Below are positions 62,591-64,000 of a stretch of DNA of 64,000 nucleotides, piece by piece. The notes under the pieces are model-generated. The model had not been told where the DNA came from. It worked only from the letters and a program-made list of their open reading frames with translations, and did not search any database. The stretch comes from Candidatus Omnitrophota bacterium (GTDB lineage: Bacteria; Omnitrophota; Gorgyraeia; Zapsychrales; Fredricksoniimonadaceae), in the NCBI GenBank assembly GCA_903908245.1, contig CAIVRE010000002.1, positions 90,761 to 154,760 on the forward strand. The letters run 5' to 3'. The position numbers and the translations under genes are program-made. Numbering within the stretch: position 1 is the first letter of the stretch; each line of letters begins with the position of its first letter.

Positions 62591-63748
62591 TTATCTTAGA
62601 TTAAACAGATGTAAATATTTCCAGATCCGGGGGATCGCCAAGGCTATCAGCAGCAACAAAAAGATCCTTTGGATCACCCATGACCGGCTTGATTCCATAA
62701 GCCGTACCAAAACAAACGTTGACACAATGATCCCGACAGGAGCAAGAAAAATAAAATGCCGGCCATCCATAAGATAGCCCGCGCCGGGCCCTGCTTTTAT
62801 CTTAAAAATAAGCAACATCATCATAGCGGCCATCAACATCATCCCGGGATAAAATACAGCCCCCAATCGACAAGCCTCCTTGCGCCAAAGATAAATACCT
62901 GCCGCTCCAACCAATAACAACCGCTCGATCGGAAAATTGGCTGTAATCAACTTCCACGGAGCATCAGGAAAAGTAACAGGGAATTTGGGTGTCTGATTAT
63001 AATAATAGAAACAAATAAAAACCGGGATCATTGCCATCATTACAAGATCCCTCTTCTTCCCGTACCCAAAAAGAAGAAACAACCCGGAAACCCACACGAT
63101 CTGAACAATGCTTCCTGGGGCGGCAAATGCCAACAGGATATGCGTAAGGATCAGTCCGCGAAGACTTCTCGATCTTTGTGAAGAATCCTGACAAGACAGT
63201 ACAAGAAAGGATTGAACCGTCGTCAGAAGAAATAATAACGAATACGGCCGCGCTTCAGCCCAAAAAGACCAGACCATGAACGTCGACATTGTCATCAGCC
63301 AGGCACACAGCCCTGCCCATAACGCCACATTGATCGAAAAATAATAAAAGATCAACGCGATGGCCAATGACATCCAAACCACAGGGCTGATCCGCAGGAT
63401 CAACTGCGCTTTCTGATCCACATATGTCCCGGAAGCCACCACCCCCTTCGGGATCTCATAGCCAAAAACCTGGCCTGCGAACTTCTGGACCAAATAATAA
63501 AAAGGGCCATTATTCCCTTCGCTCACCCGCCCTTCGATAAGATCAAGATAACCATGCCCTCCAATAGTCGATACTTGTGAATATACTTCGTCATTCCATA
63601 AGGATTTATTTCGGGCCAAAGACAATCCAACCCAACAAGAAAACAAGAAAACCAACATCGCAAGAAAGAGATATAACTGTTTCATCATGCCCTCCCAAAT
63701 AACGCAACCGTTAATGCGATCCGGATCAAAAGCATAGCTACCCATCAA
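62591..63748 (-). CDS. GT-C-fold membrane glycosyltransferase partner, second copy
   Basis: 385 aa, polytopic. Has an N-terminal SLWNDEVYSQ, the same W-x-DE-x-Y loop motif as the gene at 40566. Confidence 0.55.
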   Translation of the reverse strand: MMGSYAFDPDRINGCVIWEGMMKQLYLFLAMLVFLFSCWVGLSLARNKSLWNDEVYSQVSTIGGHGYLDLIEGRVSEGNNGPFYYLVQKFAGQVFGYEIPKGVVASGTYVDQKAQLILRISPVVWMSLAIALIFYYFSINVALWAGLCAWLMTMSTFMVWSFWAEARPYSLLFLLTTVQSFLVLSCQDSSQRSRSLRGLILTHILLAFAAPGSIVQIVWVSGLFLLFGYGKKRDLVMMAMIPVFICFYYYNQTPKFPVTFPDAPWKLITANFPIERLLLVGAAGIYLWRKEACRLGAVFYPGMMLMAAMMMLLIFKIKAGPGAGYLMDGRHFIFLAPVGIIVSTFVLVRLMESSRSWVIQRIFLLLLIALAIPRIWKYLHLFNLR

Positions 63749-64000
63749 GATTTATAACTTTTCCATCTAACCCGTAAACAGTACAACTAAAACCTTTTTC
63801 CCATAAGAAACCACTATTAAAAATATCCATATTATTAGAAAGGACATCTTGAACGGGATGATGATCTTTGGAGAAATAGGCATCTTTCCAATAATTACTC
63901 TTTATTCCCTCAAGCTGCCTTGGCGAATACTCGAAAAAAACAATACGACCAGCGATCACCACACAAAACCACCGATGCATGCCTTTAGCCCAGGAAAATA
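63738..64000 (-). CDS. hypothetical protein, 5'-partial (N-terminus lies beyond the window end)
   Basis: The frame is open from 64000 down to the stop at 63738 (...FSWAKGMHRWFCVVIAGRIVFFEYSPRQLEG...). The track's Met at 63980 is probably internal. Confidence 0.4.
   Translation of the reverse strand, partial: FSWAKGMHRWFCVVIAGRIVFFEYSPRQLEGIKSNYWKDAYFSKDHHPVQDVLSNNMDIFNSGFLWEKGFSCTVYGLDGKVINLDG

Overview
This looks like a bacterial chromosomal segment with moderately high GC, and every gene I can call sits on the minus strand. From the 5' end it holds a partial secreted protein and the conserved cvpA-like/dnaG/rpoD block with a strong rpoD terminator. Next is a tightly coupled three-gene unit: a small 2-TM protein, a short exosortase-family protein, and a 979-aa polytopic protein with a C-terminal sorting-signal-like anchor. 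Beyond that come a YtrA-like GntR/ABC ATPase/permease operon, a repeat-rich structured intergenic element, smc with its terminator, an excisionase-family HTH protein, fabV, glgC and a membrane protein with C-terminal TPR repeats. Then a five-gene Opp/Dpp-type peptide ABC transporter and secG-tpiA-pgk, where Pgk carries an odd Cys-rich tail. From about 27.6 kb to the window end (and beyond) runs a surface-glycan biosynthesis locus of roughly 36 kb. It contains gmd/fcl (GDP-fucose), the initiating sugar-phosphate transferase, a GT26 enzyme, many GT2/GT4 and other GT-A-type transferases, and two O-antigen-ligase/Wzy_C-family proteins. It also has two GT2(Dpm1-like)+GT-C membrane glycosyltransferase pairs, several SAM methyltransferases, two hexapeptide acetyltransferases, two epimerases and internally duplicated, lower-GC modules. 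Three divergent AAA+ ATPase/PD-(D/E)xK (COG1373/DUF4143-type) paralogs are interleaved with short cargo cassettes inside this locus, and iteron-like and palindromic sites lie in their intergenic regions. The candidates I would chase first are the compact mini-exosortase/giant-substrate unit, which may be coupled to the GntR-ABC operon, and the ATPase-nuclease triplet in the glycan locus. I saw no rRNA, tRNA, CRISPR or integrase.
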